From IMG/VR virus record IMGVR_UViG_3300025803_000012, positions 1-62,244 of that record: DNA of 62,244 bases; one strand, given 5' to 3'. Source of the stretch: a virus. Lineage: Duplodnaviria > Caudoviricetes. Position 1 is the first letter of the stretch. Every line of letters starts with the position of its first letter. Below the pieces are notes generated by a model that did no database searches, was not told where the DNA came from, and was given only the letters and a program-made list of their open reading frames with translations. Positions 62,054 through 62,244 of this stretch are shown here, one piece after another. Both the position numbers and the translations under genes were made by a program.

Positions 62054-62244
62054 TGGATACAGTAGATAAGTTAGTTGATATTTATAACAACTGGGGAGAA
62101 CAGAGCGCTCAAAAAAATTTAGGTGTTCTTACAAGTGCAGATGAAATGAGATGGCACCCTTCTCTTACTAATAAACAAGAAGATTGGTTAAATAAATTTA
62201 TACAGGTTTGGGATCAGGCTACAGATCATGAATACAACAAATAT
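62053..62244 (+). CDS. Hypothetical protein spanning the circular junction (continues at 129..140; 67 aa)
   Basis: MDTVDKLVDIYNNW...QVWDQATDHEYNKY+RRR*; TAATG coupling at both ends after circularisation. Confidence 0.75.
   Translation, partial: MDTVDKLVDIYNNWGEQSAQKNLGVLTSADEMRWHPSLTNKQEDWLNKFIQVWDQATDHEYNKY
62119..62244. repeat. Terminal direct repeat / circular-assembly overlap (right copy)
   Basis: Identical to 3..128. Confidence 0.95.

Noticed and set aside
1-62244. tRNA genes, integrase, alternative genetic code
   Set aside because: No cloverleaf was seen in the few intergenic gaps (tRNAscan-SE not run), no recombinase motifs were found, and the standard code gives dense intact ORFs.

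Overview
This window looks like the complete, circularly assembled genome (~62.1 kb) of an AT-rich, podovirus-like dsDNA phage. The 126-bp end overlap (3..128 = 62119..62244) closes an ORF that runs across the junction. Gene content and order suggest a marine pelagiphage-like virus of the HTVC023P-type neighbourhood; this is inference from remembered family features, and no search was run. The + strand arm (61181 -> end -> 15216) carries small early genes, a ParB-like protein, an inverted SNF2-helicase block, an SSB-like protein, an AEP/PriCT primase, a Mom-like adenine-modifying enzyme, a UvrD-like helicase, DUF6378 and a family A DNA polymerase (Leu762 type). The - strand arm (60856 -> 15205) carries TerS, a VRR-NUC-like nuclease, TerL, a large inserted protein, portal, holin, lysozyme, GroES, scaffold, major capsid, adaptor/tail genes, a threefold tandem array of a three-gene receptor-binding cassette, a tail nozzle-like protein and internal virion/ejection proteins. 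I found no integrase, RNA polymerase, tRNA, CRISPR array or reverse transcriptase. The strongest unexplained signals are: (1) an x-x-x-G-G peptide tag shared by many unrelated late proteins, alongside a stand-alone 'GPGTGTSDDIPAMLSDGEFV' domain protein; (2) a 16-bp pseudo-palindromic box 70-74 nt upstream of five start codons; (3) dispersed 7-bp-period CG-rich arrays embedded in coding sequence; (4) the (A-B-C)x3 fibre cassette; (5) a hairpin whose loop carries an anti-Shine-Dalgarno sequence; (6) a dif-like palindrome next to terL.
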